Source of the DNA: a virus
Lineage: Duplodnaviria; Caudoviricetes
DNA: 55,225 nucleotides
Reading direction: 5' to 3' (one strand)
Virus record (IMG/VR): IMGVR_UViG_3300044675_002532
Coordinates: 1 to 55,225 of that record
Shown: piece by piece, positions 55,074 through 55,225 of the stretch
Layout of the letters: the number at the start of each line of letters is the position of its first letter
Position numbering within the stretch: the stretch's first letter is position 1
The notes under the pieces: generated by a model
Database searches by the model: none
Told to the model about the DNA's origin: nothing
What the model saw: the letters and a program-made list of their open reading frames with translations, nothing else
Position numbers and translations under genes: made by a program

Positions 55074-55225
55074 TCAGACGCCGGGCGTACCAAACACCGT
55101 GCGCGGGTCGGTCCAGCCGAAAGCGTAACGCTCCGTGCTCTTGAAGCGCGTGGAGTCGGTTTCGAAGTCACCTTCCATGCTCTTCTCAAGGCCACGACGC
55201 ATCATCAGCTTCAAGCCTTCCGGAG
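55074..55225 (-). CDS. 3' end of the major capsid gene (variant copy, partial)
   Basis: Encodes ...ERYAFGWTDPRTVFGTPGV* with synonymous differences from 381-532. Confidence 0.85.
   Translation of the reverse strand, partial: PEGLKLMMRRGLEKSMEGDFETDSTRFKSTERYAFGWTDPRTVFGTPGV

Larger units (their letters stand above)
54688..55225. repeat. Imperfect terminal repeat, copy 2
   Basis: Aligns to 1-532. Confidence 0.95.

Noticed and set aside
1-55225. Prophage, or alternative genetic code
   Set aside because: No integrase, att site or host genes are seen; all major genes are intact under the standard code.

Overview
The window looks like an essentially complete, circularly permuted genome (~54.7 kb) of a tailed dsDNA bacteriophage with a podovirus-like layout. 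I see no DNA polymerase, RNA polymerase, integrase, tRNA or CRISPR array. The minus strand carries the structural and packaging genes: TerS/TerL, portal, GroES, scaffold, Mu-gpT-like major capsid, adaptors, tail fibres, lysis genes and ejection proteins. The plus strand carries early genes, a glycosyl-/methyl-transferase cluster and a recombination/replication module. The two ends (1-532 and 54688-55225) are divergent copies of the same locus. Comparing them shows compensatory base changes in a double-pseudoknotted RNA downstream of the capsid gene. Other notable signals are a dense GGGWCCC palindrome cluster and a CCTC/GAGG-free zone around the probable packaging end, a shared [YFM]xxGG peptide motif across several putative internal virion proteins, a TonB-box-like Pro/Thr repeat array in an ejection protein, and a set of early promoters sharing a palindromic operator. 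All family assignments come from motif recognition by eye; no database searches were run.
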